A stretch of DNA of 64,000 nucleotides from an uncultured Candidatus Saccharibacteria bacterium (GCA_964474825.1 CAYYWQ010000001.1:613609-677608); one strand, 5' to 3'; positions 1-9,529 are shown, numbered from the stretch's first letter. The notes: generated by a model from the sequence alone, not told the origin. Numbers and translations are program-made.

Positions 1-2451
1 CTTTAGGCGCGAAAGTTGCTTTATTGCTTTTGCCAGTTCTTCGTTGCGCTCCTGAGGCAGTGGGTAAGTCGCCATGTTAAAAGGCTTACTTGCTGTGCCG
101 CTTATCATAAGTTTGGTATATGTAGTAAACCGCTCTATGTTAACCAAATCAAACTGGTTAAATGTTGGGGCAAATTCTTTACCCAAAACTTCCGCGTCCT
201 CAGCGCCTGTACGGAACACAATCATAGTCCCCACGTTACCAAAAACCGCGTCGCGCAAATCTTTACTGCCGGCTCCCTGGGCCCCAGCCTGGGTTTCTAA
301 TTGTCCCAAGTATTGATGGGCCACTATTAAATTTAATTTATATTTTCTGGCCTCGGAAAGAATAGAAGAAAAGGCGTCGGTAATAAAATTCTGAAACTCG
401 TCCACATACAAATAAAAATCTTTTCTCTGGTCTTCTGGAATGTCAGCGCGGGACAGCGCAGCAATTTGGATTTTGCTAACTAAAATTAAACCTAAAAGCT
501 TAGCGTTAATTTCCCCGGTCCTGCCTTTGGACAAGTTAACAAGCAAAACTTTTCCCTCGTCCATAATTTTACGGAAGTTAAAACCGCTTTTGGGCTGGCC
601 TACTATGTTGCGCATCATGGCATTTTCCACAAAACGCCCAACCTTGGAAATTAAATAGCCAAGCATTTCCGACTTATGGAAATCCGAAGTTTTGGCCATT
701 TCTTTTTCCCAAAACAGACGAACCACAGGGTCTTTAAGTTTCGCAATTTTGTATTTTTGGAAATCAGTATCCGTAAAAATACGAGGGATGTCTGTAATAG
801 TCCCCGGGTGCTCCTCGTCCGCCATAAGCGTTAACATGGCGTTTCTCATATTGTGTTCAAACATGGGGCCAAGCATGGCCGGGTCAGTTACCAATTTGTA
901 AAAAATCTGGATCATTTCCTGCACCGCGAAATCTTTTTGTTCCTCGCTATCTACTTCTAGCATATTTAACCCAAGCGGTCTGTCCATGTCAAAAGGCTCA
1001 AACACAATAATGTCTTCGGCCCGCTCTTTAGGACAGCGCGTTAAAATATCTTCCACCAAGTCGCCATGAGGGTCTATAACACAAAGACCTTCGCCATTCT
1101 TAATATCCTGAATTGCCATGTTTGCTAAAAGCACGGATTTACCTCCACCGGTTCTTCCAAGAATATAAGTATGCCGCCTGCGGTCGTCACGCCCCATATA
1201 AATAGGAGTTTCCTGGCCGCGGTAAACATTTTTACCTAGTAGTAATCCTTCTTTTAGGCCATTTATGGGTGGCGGCGCTTTTTTTGACGTAAGCCACTTA
1301 ATGTTAGGTGTTTCGGTGTAAGGCGTAGGCAAATGCCAAAGACTTGCCAATTCTTCCGTGTTAACTATATTAGCTTGGCCGCTGTCGCGAAAAACACGAA
1401 AAATATAATCTTTAAGAATATCATTTTTGTCACGACGTTTTTCCTTAAGGCCGTTAAACGGCGGCATATTAAACTGCAAAAAAGATGACAACAAATTCCT
1501 CATGTGGCTTTTTGCGTTGCCGGGCGTGGGGGAAGAAGTCACCAAACGAATGTTTATTTTGTATCCGGGCCTGCTGGCTTTTTCTTCCAGTTTTTTTACA
1601 ATTTCATTTTGCATTGGTGTGAGCTGTATGGGCGAGCCGTAACCGGAAAGGTCTTTATGCGCGTGCGAAGGCTGCGAGCCTTTGTTCCCTTGTCCCACAC
1701 CGGCCAGGGCGCTTCCAAATGCCCGGAAAATACCAATGAACAGGCGGTAAACATGGCCGCGCTCTATAAGTTCCGGATTCTTACCCTGCTGTATTTCTAA
1801 AGCCATGTGCCGCGGCACACCCTGCCAAGTAGTCCCAGCCGGAGAAATTATAAACTGTATTGCCGCGCCTTCATTCTCGTCCAACTTACTCATTGCGTTA
1901 GTCAAAGAATTCAGGGGATCTGACTCTGTAACTTTGTAAGTCCGCAAAGGATAAACGTATTTTTTGGTAAGCTGTAATTCCTCCACTTCAATTTGGCCGT
2001 CGTCTTGGAACGGATTATAACCGCGCACTTGCTCCACAAAAGCAAAAGGATACTGCGCCTGGATTTGTTTTTCCACCAGTTCCTGCAAATGCTTGGGACA
2101 GTTAACAAAGAAAGATATTTTTTTGTCCGTACAGGCAATTTCAAAACTGTAATAATCTTTTCCCTGCAGCCAACCTTTGCTATGCCCGCTTTCCGAAAGC
2201 GTGGTAAAAAGTTGTTCTGCTACGGCAATTAGCAGTTTCTTTTCGTCCGGTGTTTTAGGTTTGTCTTTTTCCTCGGCATTGTCTTTAGGCACCATAATTT
2301 CCAAAAACACCCAATCCAGAGTTCTTGGCACAATATGTTTAGTGTGGTATATATGACGCTTATAGTAATAAAAAAAGACAGCCGCAAAAACGACTATCAA
2401 TCCAAGCAAAGCCAAGAATACAATATTAACTGTTGATAATTCAAACGACAT
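1..2451 (-). CDS. VirD4/TraD (TrwB/TraG)-family coupling-protein-like P-loop ATPase, 3'-partial (runs off window start)
   Basis: Absent from ORF track because no stop lies inside the window. Hand translation of reverse strand from ATG (2451-2449) gives an uninterrupted 817-codon frame to position 1. In-frame TAG a few codons upstream of the ATG. N-terminal TM helix VNIVFLALLGLIVVFAAVFFYYY, Walker A GRTGGGKS, Walker B LYVDEFQNF. Confidence 0.6.
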   Translation of the reverse strand, partial: MSFELSTVNIVFLALLGLIVVFAAVFFYYYKRHIYHTKHIVPRTLDWVFLEIMVPKDNAEEKDKPKTPDEKKLLIAVAEQLFTTLSESGHSKGWLQGKDYYSFEIACTDKKISFFVNCPKHLQELVEKQIQAQYPFAFVEQVRGYNPFQDDGQIEVEELQLTKKYVYPLRTYKVTESDPLNSLTNAMSKLDENEGAAIQFIISPAGTTWQGVPRHMALEIQQGKNPELIERGHVYRLFIGIFRAFGSALAGVGQGNKGSQPSHAHKDLSGYGSPIQLTPMQNEIVKKLEEKASRPGYKINIRLVTSSPTPGNAKSHMRNLLSSFLQFNMPPFNGLKEKRRDKNDILKDYIFRVFRDSGQANIVNTEELASLWHLPTPYTETPNIKWLTSKKAPPPINGLKEGLLLGKNVYRGQETPIYMGRDDRRRHTYILGRTGGGKSVLLANMAIQDIKNGEGLCVIDPHGDLVEDILTRCPKERAEDIIVFEPFDMDRPLGLNMLEVDSEEQKDFAVQEMIQIFYKLVTDPAMLGPMFEHNMRNAMLTLMADEEHPGTITDIPRIFTDTDFQKYKIAKLKDPVVRLFWEKEMAKTSDFHKSEMLGYLISKVGRFVENAMMRNIVGQPKSGFNFRKIMDEGKVLLVNLSKGRTGEINAKLLGLILVSKIQIAALSRADIPEDQRKDFYLYVDEFQNFITDAFSSILSEARKYKLNLIVAHQYLGQLETQAGAQGAGSKDLRDAVFGNVGTMIVFRTGAEDAEVLGKEFAPTFNQFDLVNIERFTTYTKLMISGTASKPFNMATYPLPQERNEELAKAIKQLSRLK

Positions 2452-2474
2452 TTGTTTTTGTTTTTAACTATCCC

Positions 2475-2846
2475 CTAATTACTTGAACCTCGTACTTGGT
2501 CTAGCAGTTCGCGGATACTTTTTGGGTCGTTTATATTAACATCCCCATTTAGAACATCTTGTAAAGTTTTAGCTTGAAGAGGCTGTAATTTATCGCTATC
2601 TTGATTAGACTCATTACCCTCTTGCAGCTTTTTTCGAAGATTTGGATCAACAACATTTGAACCTTCCACAAAATTAGAAATAGCTTCTTTCCTCAACTCA
2701 TCCTGCTCTTTTTCTTTTCTTTCTTGTAATATTTTTTCTAATTTATCAGTTGGTATATCTTGTGCCGCATCAAGATTTGGCAAATCCGCCTCAGAATCAA
2801 TTTGAGGTTTAAATTCTTCGTTACGTTTTTGCCCCATTGTAGCCAT
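2475..2846 (-). CDS. hypothetical acidic low-complexity protein
   Basis: ORF track 123 aa, Glu/Lys/Asp-rich, no recognisable motif; co-directional between the metallopeptidase and the ATPase. Confidence 0.4.
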   Translation of the reverse strand: MATMGQKRNEEFKPQIDSEADLPNLDAAQDIPTDKLEKILQERKEKEQDELRKEAISNFVEGSNVVDPNLRKKLQEGNESNQDSDKLQPLQAKTLQDVLNGDVNINDPKSIRELLDQVRGSSN

Positions 2847-2944
2847 AAATCTTAATTTCCTAATGTTTATTATATCACAAACAAATAATACGACCTAATA
2901 TTATAGGTCTTTTTGGCTGTTTTGTCAATCTTCTCACAATCAAA

Positions 2945-3310
2945 CTAAACCTTGCCTTCCTGTTGCCACTTTTGTTCCAGTTTTCTTATTTGCGCTTCGT
3001 CAAAACCAAAATGGTGGCCAATTTCATGCCAGACCACGCGGCGGACAAGCGCTGGGATTCGTGATTCATCTTGGGCAAACTTTTCTATTGTCCCCTTCCA
3101 AATAGTAATTTTGTCAGGAAGTACGCCGCCCATTCCATAAGATGAACCGCGGTGTAGCTGCGACACACCATGGTACAAACCAAACAAAGAATTATTTGGC
3201 GATTCCCCTTCTTCCATGGTAATCTCCACGTTATTTAATTTAGACCTAATACTCTCCGGCAACTCCGCCACAGCCTCACTAATTAAATTTTCAAATTGTT
3301 CTTTTTCCAT
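2945..3310 (-). CDS. metallopeptidase family protein (minimal MMP-like Zn protease)
   Basis: 121 aa with HEIGHHFGFDE zinc-binding motif (HExxHH) near C-terminus. Confidence 0.6.
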   Translation of the reverse strand: MEKEQFENLISEAVAELPESIRSKLNNVEITMEEGESPNNSLFGLYHGVSQLHRGSSYGMGGVLPDKITIWKGTIEKFAQDESRIPALVRRVVWHEIGHHFGFDEAQIRKLEQKWQQEGKV

Positions 3311-3331
3311 TCACCCGCCTAAATTTTAATG

Positions 3332-3372
3332 AAAAAATAAAAACCTGCCAATAATATTGGCAGGTTTATTGT
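3332..3372. terminator. bidirectional rho-independent terminator after secY
   Basis: A-run, hairpin CCTGCCAataatatTGGCAGG, T-run. Confidence 0.6.
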
Positions 3373-3382
3373 ATCAGTATTT

Positions 3383-3415
3383 CCTAAAACCTAAAAGCTA
3401 ACACCTAAAACCTAA
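3383..3415 (-). repeat. CCTAAAA/GCTAAC k-mer tract (family F) abutting secY stop
   Basis: cctaaaacctaaaagctaacacctaaaacctaa; on the mRNA strand reads TTAGG repeats giving TAG in all three frames; reverse-complement copy at 41035-41070. Confidence 0.5.
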
Positions 3416-4708
3416 TTAGAACCCTTCGTAATCGTGCATTGTTAGCTGGGCTTCTATCTTTTTGATGATCTCGATAACAACGGAAACGACTATAAGAAGT
3501 CCGGTGCCGCCAAAGGTTAAGGCCTGGGTGCCCGTGTAGTGCTGCATAAGCAAAGGCAGTACGGCAATTAAAGCCAAGAAGAAAGCACCAGCTAGAGTAA
3601 TACGGTTTAAAACTTTGGACAAAAATTCCGCGGTTTGCTGTCCTGGCCTAAGCCCCGGAACAAAACCGCCATTTTTTTGCACGTTCTCAGCAATTTCGTC
3701 GGGGTTAAATACCACGGCTGTATAAAAGTAAGTAAAGGCCATAATTAACAAAAAGTAAAAACCAACATAAAACCAACCCTGGTTATTAAACAGGCTAATG
3801 GTTTGCTCGGCCAAATGCTTTAAAAACGCGGACTTAGCACCAATGAAGAATTGTGCTATTAAAGCCGGGAACATCATTACGGAAATGGCAAAAATTATTG
3901 GAATAACTCCGGCTTGGTTTAAACGAAGCGGTAAATGAGTGTTTACGCCGCCAAATAGTTTATTTCCCCGCACTCGTTTTGCGTAAGCTATAGGCACGTT
4001 ACGTTGGGCCTCTGTTACCAAAACTACGCCCGCAATAACTATTAAAATAATTGCCAAAAAAGCAATCACGGTAGGAAGCTTGGTGGGATCATACCACTGC
4101 TGCACAAAGCTTAAGCTGCTTGGCAGCCTGGCCACAATACCGGCGAAAATAATGAGCGATGTCCCGTTACCCACGTCGAACTCGGACATAATTTCCCCGA
4201 GCCACATCATTAACATAGTCCCTGCGGTAATGGAAAGCAAAGTAATAAACCATTGAAAAGGAGTAAAAGTACCGAGCAAATTGGCTCCGCCCGTAACACT
4301 ACTGCCGGATTGCAATAAGCGGATTGTACCAAAGCCCTGAAGAGCGGCAAGAGGAATAGTTAGGTAACGGGTATATTGGTTTAATTGCGCGCGTCCTGCT
4401 TCCCCACCCTCTTTTTGCATTTCCGCGAAAGACGGTACGACGATTGTTAAAAGCTGCATAACAATAGAAGCGGTAATATAAGGACCCACACCAAGCATGG
4501 CAATAGAAAAATAAGACAACCCGCCGCCGGAAAAAATGTCTAACATATTAAAAAACTGGCTTTGCTGGAAAAAAGCCTTGAGCTGGCTGGCATCTACTCC
4601 CGGAATCGGCACATGGGCCAAAACACGGGTTAACAGCAAAAGACCCAGCACAATCAAAATCTTGTTGCGTAGGTCCTTGGTTTTCCAAATAAGGGCTAAT
4701 TTGTTCAT
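3416..4708 (-). CDS. secY: preprotein translocase subunit SecY
   Basis: 430 aa, 10 TM segments, SecY signature regions. Confidence 0.95.
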   Translation of the reverse strand: MNKLALIWKTKDLRNKILIVLGLLLLTRVLAHVPIPGVDASQLKAFFQQSQFFNMLDIFSGGGLSYFSIAMLGVGPYITASIVMQLLTIVVPSFAEMQKEGGEAGRAQLNQYTRYLTIPLAALQGFGTIRLLQSGSSVTGGANLLGTFTPFQWFITLLSITAGTMLMMWLGEIMSEFDVGNGTSLIIFAGIVARLPSSLSFVQQWYDPTKLPTVIAFLAIILIVIAGVVLVTEAQRNVPIAYAKRVRGNKLFGGVNTHLPLRLNQAGVIPIIFAISVMMFPALIAQFFIGAKSAFLKHLAEQTISLFNNQGWFYVGFYFLLIMAFTYFYTAVVFNPDEIAENVQKNGGFVPGLRPGQQTAEFLSKVLNRITLAGAFFLALIAVLPLLMQHYTGTQALTFGGTGLLIVVSVVIEIIKKIEAQLTMHDYEGF

Positions 4709-4710
4709 TG

Positions 4711-4776
4711 GTTTAGGGAGTAGCTGGTAGCTAGTAGTGGGTAGCTACATGCTACTTCCTACTTACTACAAGCTAA
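4711..4776 (-). repeat. intercistronic GTAG/CTAC inverted k-mer array element (family A, copy 1, variant)
   Basis: gaGTAGctgGTAGctaGTAGtggGTAG...CTACttcCTACttaCTACaagCTA between secY and rplO. Confidence 0.6.
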
Positions 4777-5211
4777 TTATACTACTTTTCCACCCATCTT
4801 CTCAATAACCGCGCGAGCGGACTTTGAAGTCGGCAATTTGATAACCAGTTTCTTTTTTATTTCTCCGCCTAAAATTTTAGCTTTTAAAGTTTCACTGTCT
4901 ACTAAACCTTTGGCTTTTAAAGCGGCCATGTCAACAGTGGCACCATCTTCAAAAACTGAAAGCTTGGTTAAAGATACAACAACATGCTTTTCTTCAAGCG
5001 CCCTAAAGCCACGTAATTTTGGCAACTGGCGAACCAACGGCTGACGACCACCTTCAAAATTCACAGGCATTTTGGTATGTCCGGTTCTGGCTGTTTGTCC
5101 TTTACCACCACGAGTGGAATAAGTGCCGTGTCCGCTACCCAAACCACGACCAATAACCTTGCGGCGATGGGTGGATTTAGGATTCTTTTTAAGTTGATGT
5201 AATTTGATCAT
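4777..5211 (-). CDS. rplO: 50S ribosomal protein L15
   Basis: 144 aa, KVIGRGLGSGHGTYSTRGGKGQ motif. Confidence 0.93.
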   Translation of the reverse strand: MIKLHQLKKNPKSTHRRKVIGRGLGSGHGTYSTRGGKGQTARTGHTKMPVNFEGGRQPLVRQLPKLRGFRALEEKHVVVSLTKLSVFEDGATVDMAALKAKGLVDSETLKAKILGGEIKKKLVIKLPTSKSARAVIEKMGGKVV

Positions 5212-5292
5212 ATTAGTTAGCTAGTAGCATGTAGCGGGTAGTTTGTAGCCATGCAGTTTCCTACAAGCTACTGACTACTTCCTACAAGCTGA
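5212..5292 (-). repeat. family A intercistronic element (copy 2)
   Basis: GTAG-array ... ccatgcagtttc ... CTAC-array; occupies the position where rpmD (L30) would normally lie. Confidence 0.6.
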
Positions 5293-5796
5293 TTACTTTC
5301 TCATTTGCGCTAATTGTTCTTTACTGCGCATTTTAGCAAAAGCAGCAAACACAGCTTTAACATTGTTAACTTTGTTGTTACTGCCCAACATTTTGCTGAC
5401 CACGTTGGTCACGCCTGCCAAATCCATCACACTGCGCACAGCGCCGCCGGCAATAACACCAGTACCTGGCCTGGCCGGTTTAAGCATTAGGCTGGAGGAT
5501 TTATACTTTATGTTTAATCCATGGGGAATAGTACCGTTAACCAAAGGCAAGGTAATCATAGTCTTTTTAGCGGCTGCAACTGCTTTGTTTACGCTCTCAG
5601 AAACGTCCGCGCCTTTCTTAAGGCCCATGCCGACTTTACCTTTGTGGTCACCAATAACTACTAAAGCACGGAAACGCATTCTTTTTCCGCCGGCAACAAC
5701 ACGGGTAACACGTTTAACTTCCACCACTTTTTGGTCGAATTCATTGCGTTCCCTGTCGCCGCCTTCTCTGCCTGATTGTCTGCGTCTTTTTTCCAT
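5293..5796 (-). CDS. rpsE: 30S ribosomal protein S5
   Basis: 167 aa, S5 dsRBD and C-terminal domain motifs. Confidence 0.93.
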   Translation of the reverse strand: MEKRRRQSGREGGDRERNEFDQKVVEVKRVTRVVAGGKRMRFRALVVIGDHKGKVGMGLKKGADVSESVNKAVAAAKKTMITLPLVNGTIPHGLNIKYKSSSLMLKPARPGTGVIAGGAVRSVMDLAGVTNVVSKMLGSNNKVNNVKAVFAAFAKMRSKEQLAQMRK

Positions 5797-5812
5797 AAAA
5801 TAAATATGCTAA

Positions 5813-6166
5813 TTAAAATTTCAAACCACCCTCGCGGGCGCCTTCTGCCAAAGCTTTAACACGGCCATGGTACTTGTAACCACCGCGGTCAAATACTACG
5901 CTGGCAATGTTCTTCTCAGTTGCTTTTTTAGCTAAAAGTTTACCGGTCTCTAGAGCTTTATTAACTTTTTTGTCCTTTGCCTTAATTTCGGCACTGGAGG
6001 CTGAAGCTAAAGTTTTGCCGGCCTGGTCGTCTATTAACTGGGCGTAAATGTGGGCGTTAGCACGGAATACACAAAGACGAGGTCGCTCTGCGCTACCACT
6101 TACCACCGACCGCACGCGGTTATGGCGAATTACTCTCTTGCTTCTTTTGTGCTTGTTGATATCCAT
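5813..6166 (-). CDS. rplR: 50S ribosomal protein L18
   Basis: 117 aa, [18 protein letters not shown]. Confidence 0.93.
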   Translation of the reverse strand: MDINKHKRSKRVIRHNRVRSVVSGSAERPRLCVFRANAHIYAQLIDDQAGKTLASASSAEIKAKDKKVNKALETGKLLAKKATEKNIASVVFDRGGYKYHGRVKALAEGAREGGLKF

Positions 6167-6255
6167 AAATTAGTTTACAAGTTTATAAAGTTCTTAAAGT
6201 TTGTAAAGTTACTGCAGTCCACTTTATGAACTTTATAACTTTACGAACTTTCAAC
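6167..6255 (-). repeat. intercistronic AAAGTT/AACTTT inverted k-mer array element (family B, copy 1)
   Basis: gtttataaagttcttaaagtttgtaaagtt ... actttatgaactttataactttacgaactttcaac; near-identical copies at 10666-10762 and 23552-23646. Confidence 0.6.
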
Positions 6256-6810
6256 TTACTTTCCGCCCCCTACTACTTTAACAACTTTACCCGCTTTCCT
6301 TCTAACAACTTCGTCTATATATTTAATACCTTTGCCTTTATATGGTTCCGGTTTCTTTAATTCTCGGATTTCTGCGGCGAATTGTCCAACCTGTTGTTTG
6401 CTGGCTCCGGAAATACTAATAACATTTTTGTCTACAGCTACAGTCAGCTCTTTAGGAATATCTACAATTACAGGGTGAGAAAAACCAAGGCTCATGTTTA
6501 ATTTACCGGGAGCAGTAGCGACTTTAAAACCTACGCCAATAACTTCCAATTTTTTCTCGTAGCCTTTGGTTACGCCGTCTACCATATTTTGAATAAGAGC
6601 GCGGAACAAACCCCACAAAGCGCGCTGGCGCTTGTCTAACTGCTTGGCCACGTCCACAAGAATTTCCTGTTCAGAAACAGTAACAGAAACTTTTGGGTGA
6701 ATTTCAATAGTCAAAGTCCCCTTAGGACCGGTTACGGACAAAGTTAAATCTTTCTTTTCTACTTTTACCCCGCTTGGGATAATAACTGGTTTTTTACCGA
6801 CTCTGGACAT
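6256..6810 (-). CDS. rplF: 50S ribosomal protein L6
   Basis: 184 aa, MSRVGKKPV start. Confidence 0.93.
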   Translation of the reverse strand: MSRVGKKPVIIPSGVKVEKKDLTLSVTGPKGTLTIEIHPKVSVTVSEQEILVDVAKQLDKRQRALWGLFRALIQNMVDGVTKGYEKKLEVIGVGFKVATAPGKLNMSLGFSHPVIVDIPKELTVAVDKNVISISGASKQQVGQFAAEIRELKKPEPYKGKGIKYIDEVVRRKAGKVVKVVGGGK

Positions 6811-6894
6811 AATTTAAGCTTATTTACTAATCAGCTGATCGGCAGATCAGCAACTGATTTGCTGATTCACTGATTAGCTGACTAGCTTGTTAAT
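6811..6894 (-). repeat. intercistronic ATCAG/CTGAT inverted k-mer array element (family C)
   Basis: aatcagctgatcggcagatcagcaa ... ctgatttgctgattcactgattagctgactagc. Confidence 0.55.
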
Positions 6895-7287
6895 TTACCA
6901 AACTTTACAAACAACTTCTCCGCCAACTTTAGTTTTGCGCGCTTGTCTGTCTGTTAATAATCCTTTAGAAGTAGAAATGACTGTTAGTCCCAATCCGCTG
7001 TTAGTGCGGGGGATTTTTTCAGAAGGCAAATAAATCCTTTGTCCCGGCTTACTAACCCGTTCAATTCCGGAAATTACCGGCTGTCCCTGACCGTCATACT
7101 TTAAAGCAATCTGGAGCATCTTGAATTTACCAGGAACTTCAGAAACAGTACCGACAAAGCCTTCCTTAGCTAAAAGAGTAGCAAGGTTATGCTTGAATTT
7201 AGAATAAGGCATCACTGCCGCTTCCTTGTGGGCTGCGGCCGCGTTTCTTATTCTAGTTAACATGTCGGCAATTGGATCTGTATACAT
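6895..7287 (-). CDS. rpsH: 30S ribosomal protein S8
   Basis: 130 aa, MYTDPIADMLTRIRNA. Confidence 0.93.
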   Translation of the reverse strand: MYTDPIADMLTRIRNAAAAHKEAAVMPYSKFKHNLATLLAKEGFVGTVSEVPGKFKMLQIALKYDGQGQPVISGIERVSKPGQRIYLPSEKIPRTNSGLGLTVISTSKGLLTDRQARKTKVGGEVVCKVW

Positions 7288-7319
7288 ATATTGGTTAAAT
7301 ATTTATTCTGATAACTTGC

Positions 7320-7514
7320 TTACCAGGATGCTTTTACAATTCCGGGTATTTCCCCTTTACTTGCTAATTCTCTAAAACAAATTCTGCACATATCAAAGTC
7401 TCTCATATAACCGGCTTTACGACCGCACTTCCAACAGCGCCTGGAAATCCTGGTAGAGAATTTGGCGTGGAACTTATTCTTCTTCGTCTTTGCAATTTGT
7501 GCTTGTGTGGCCAT
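7320..7514 (-). CDS. rpsN: 30S ribosomal protein S14 type Z (zinc-binding)
   Basis: 64 aa, [20 protein letters not shown] CxxC-CxxC. Confidence 0.92.
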   Translation of the reverse strand: MATQAQIAKTKKNKFHAKFSTRISRRCWKCGRKAGYMRDFDMCRICFRELASKGEIPGIVKASW

Positions 7515-7540
7515 AATAATTAATTAGCTAAAGCTTTGGG

Positions 7541-8086
7541 CTATTTGTCGTGTTTCTTAAATGGAAAGCCCATCTGTTTTAATAATTCATGAGTGACTTC
7601 GTCTTTACCAGAGTTTGTAACAATTGAAATTTCTAAACCAAAAACATTTTCTAAAGCTCCGGCGGAAATTTCTGGAAAAACCAAATGTTCTTTCATGCCC
7701 AAGTGGTAGTTACCGCGGCCGTCAAACTTGTCGGTTACTCCCTGAAAATCTCTTACCCTAGGCAAAGCAACATTTATAAGTTTGTCTAAAAAGCTATACA
7801 TTCTAAAACCTCTTAAGGTAGCAACAACACCGACAATCTGGTTTTCTCTGACTTTAAAACCGGAAATAGATTTACGGGCAATAGTCTTAACAGGAGCTTG
7901 GCCGGTTATTTTGGCAAGATCGGCGGCAACAGCGTCTACTTTTTTCTTGTCTTCCTTAATTTTGCCTACGCCGGAGCTTACCACAATTTTTAAAATCTTC
8001 GGCACTTCCATGACATTATTAAAAGCAAACTTGGCTTTTAAGGCCGGGACTATCTTTGTATTATATTGTTCCTGTAATCGTTCCAT
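7541..8086 (-). CDS. rplE: 50S ribosomal protein L5
   Basis: 181 aa. Confidence 0.93.
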   Translation of the reverse strand: MERLQEQYNTKIVPALKAKFAFNNVMEVPKILKIVVSSGVGKIKEDKKKVDAVAADLAKITGQAPVKTIARKSISGFKVRENQIVGVVATLRGFRMYSFLDKLINVALPRVRDFQGVTDKFDGRGNYHLGMKEHLVFPEISAGALENVFGLEISIVTNSGKDEVTHELLKQMGFPFKKHDK

Positions 8087-8160
8087 ATGTTTTAGTTAGT
8101 AGCTGGTAGTTAGTAGCCATGCAGTTTCCTACATACTACTAGCTACTTCCTACTGGCTAA
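8087..8160 (-). repeat. family A intercistronic element (copy 3)
   Basis: ttagtagctggtagttagtagccatgcagtttcctacatactactagctacttcctactggctaatt. Confidence 0.6.
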
Positions 8161-8478
8161 TTAAACTGCTTTACCACTGCTCTTACCCATTCGTTGTTTA
8201 GATCCGTTTTCTAAAAATTTATACTGAACTCTTGTGGTCTCACCGGAATTGGGGTCTACAAGCATAACTTTACCAGCTGGGAACGGCGCGGAGAAGGTAA
8301 TTTTTTTACCTGGCTCGCCGGCCTTGCGGCTGCGTTCAAACTTTGTATGCATGTTCACCTGTTCCACTACGACTTTCCCTGTGGAAGGAAAAACCTGGAG
8401 GATTTTGCCGGTCTTGCCTTTGTCCTTACCGGACAAAACCTTAACCGTATCGCCTTTTTTAATTCTGAGCTTGTTCAT
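8161..8478 (-). CDS. rplX: 50S ribosomal protein L24
   Basis: 105 aa, KIKKGDTVKVLSGKDKGKTGKIL. Confidence 0.93.
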   Translation of the reverse strand: MNKLRIKKGDTVKVLSGKDKGKTGKILQVFPSTGKVVVEQVNMHTKFERSRKAGEPGKKITFSAPFPAGKVMLVDPNSGETTRVQYKFLENGSKQRMGKSSGKAV

Positions 8479-8482
8479 AAAT

Positions 8483-8875
8483 TTAAATTACTTCCGGAGC
8501 TAAAGATAAAATTTTCTTAAAGCCGTCTTCGTACTTTCCAAGGGCCTTTTCGCGGATTTCTCTTGGGATGGGACCAAAAATACGGGTACCACGCGGTTCG
8601 CCTTTTTCTTTGTCTACTAATACTCCGGCGTTTTCATCAAAGCGAATGTAGCTGCCGTCTTTGCGGCGGATTTCTTTTCTTAAACGGACAATAACCGCGT
8701 AAACTTTGTCGCCCTTTTTAATTCCGGAATTGGCAGCAACTTGGCGAACTGAACCTGCTACAATGTCTCCCACAGTGGCAAAGCGCCTGCTGTTCTTGCC
8801 GTTAACACTAAAAACATTAACGACTTTCGCGCCGGTGTTGTCTGCTATTTTAATGTAGGATCGTACTTGTAACAT
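8483..8875 (-). CDS. rplN: 50S ribosomal protein L14
   Basis: 130 aa, [11 protein letters not shown] ... [10 protein letters not shown]. Confidence 0.93.
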   Translation of the reverse strand: MLQVRSYIKIADNTGAKVVNVFSVNGKNSRRFATVGDIVAGSVRQVAANSGIKKGDKVYAVIVRLRKEIRRKDGSYIRFDENAGVLVDKEKGEPRGTRIFGPIPREIREKALGKYEDGFKKILSLAPEVI

Positions 8876-8954
8876 ATTTAGAGGGTAGCTGGTAGTTAGT
8901 AGGTGGTAGCCATGCAGTTTCCTACAAGCTACTGACTACTTCCTACTGGCTAAT
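8876..8954 (-). repeat. family A intercistronic element (copy 4)
   Basis: On the mRNA strand TAG at offsets 12, 19, 26 and 33, covering all three frames, followed by a GTAG/CTAC hairpin. Confidence 0.6.
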
Positions 8955-9197
8955 TTATGCTTTACTTATTACTTTAAACTTTTTCTCTTTACTCATTGGC
9001 CTAATGGATTCAATTATCACGCGGTCACCTACTTTAAATTCATTGTTCTCGCTATGAGCCTTGAATTTTTTAGAAACGGTATAAGACTTATGGTATTTGG
9101 GATGACGTTTTTTGCTGTCAACTTTAACAACTACAGTCTTCTGCATTTTGTCCGAAACCACAATCCCTATTAGTTGTTGCTTTTTTGATTCTGTCAT
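8955..9197 (-). CDS. rpsQ: 30S ribosomal protein S17
   Basis: 80 aa. Confidence 0.9.
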   Translation of the reverse strand: MTESKKQQLIGIVVSDKMQKTVVVKVDSKKRHPKYHKSYTVSKKFKAHSENNEFKVGDRVIIESIRPMSKEKKFKVISKA

Positions 9198-9267
9198 ATT
9201 CTAGTGATTAGTGCTTAGCGAATAGAGAATAGTGTTTTATCCTTTTCTCTTATCTCTTTTCTCTATC
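9198..9267 (-). repeat. intercistronic TAGTGAATAG-type inverted k-mer array element (family D, copy 1)
   Basis: gtgattagtgcttagcgaatagagaatag ... ctcttatctcttttctctatc. Confidence 0.5.
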
Positions 9268-9456
9268 TTAGCTCTTCTTGTTATGTAAATAAAACATTAT
9301 TCTGGCAATATCTTTCTTAATAGAAGCCAATTCCCTGGTATTCTTAACCTGATTAAGACGCATTTTAACGGACAAGTCATGAGCCTTTTCTTTTAATTCA
9401 GCCAAAAGGTTCTTTACTTCCGCCTCTGGTTTAGTTGTAAGTTCTTTATACTTCAT
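9268..9456 (-). CDS. rpmC: 50S ribosomal protein L29
   Basis: 62 aa. Confidence 0.88.
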   Translation of the reverse strand: MKYKELTTKPEAEVKNLLAELKEKAHDLSVKMRLNQVKNTRELASIKKDIARIMFYLHNKKS

Positions 9457-9529
9457 AAAATTAGCGATTAGTGAATAGCGATTAGTGAATAGTTTCTATT
9501 GCCTGTTCGCTATTCGCTAATTACTCAAC
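9457..9529 (-). repeat. family D intercistronic element (copy 2)
   Basis: gattagtgaatagcgattagtgaatag ... ctattcgctaattac. Confidence 0.55.

Noticed and set aside
5363-5803. Long plus-strand ORFs antisense to ribosomal and translation genes (e.g. 5363-5803, 13212-13730, 16920-17411, 17453-18028, 20855-21187)
   Set aside because: They fully overlap well-supported conserved minus-strand genes, have no motifs, and are the expected stop-free antisense frames of GC-balanced highly expressed genes.
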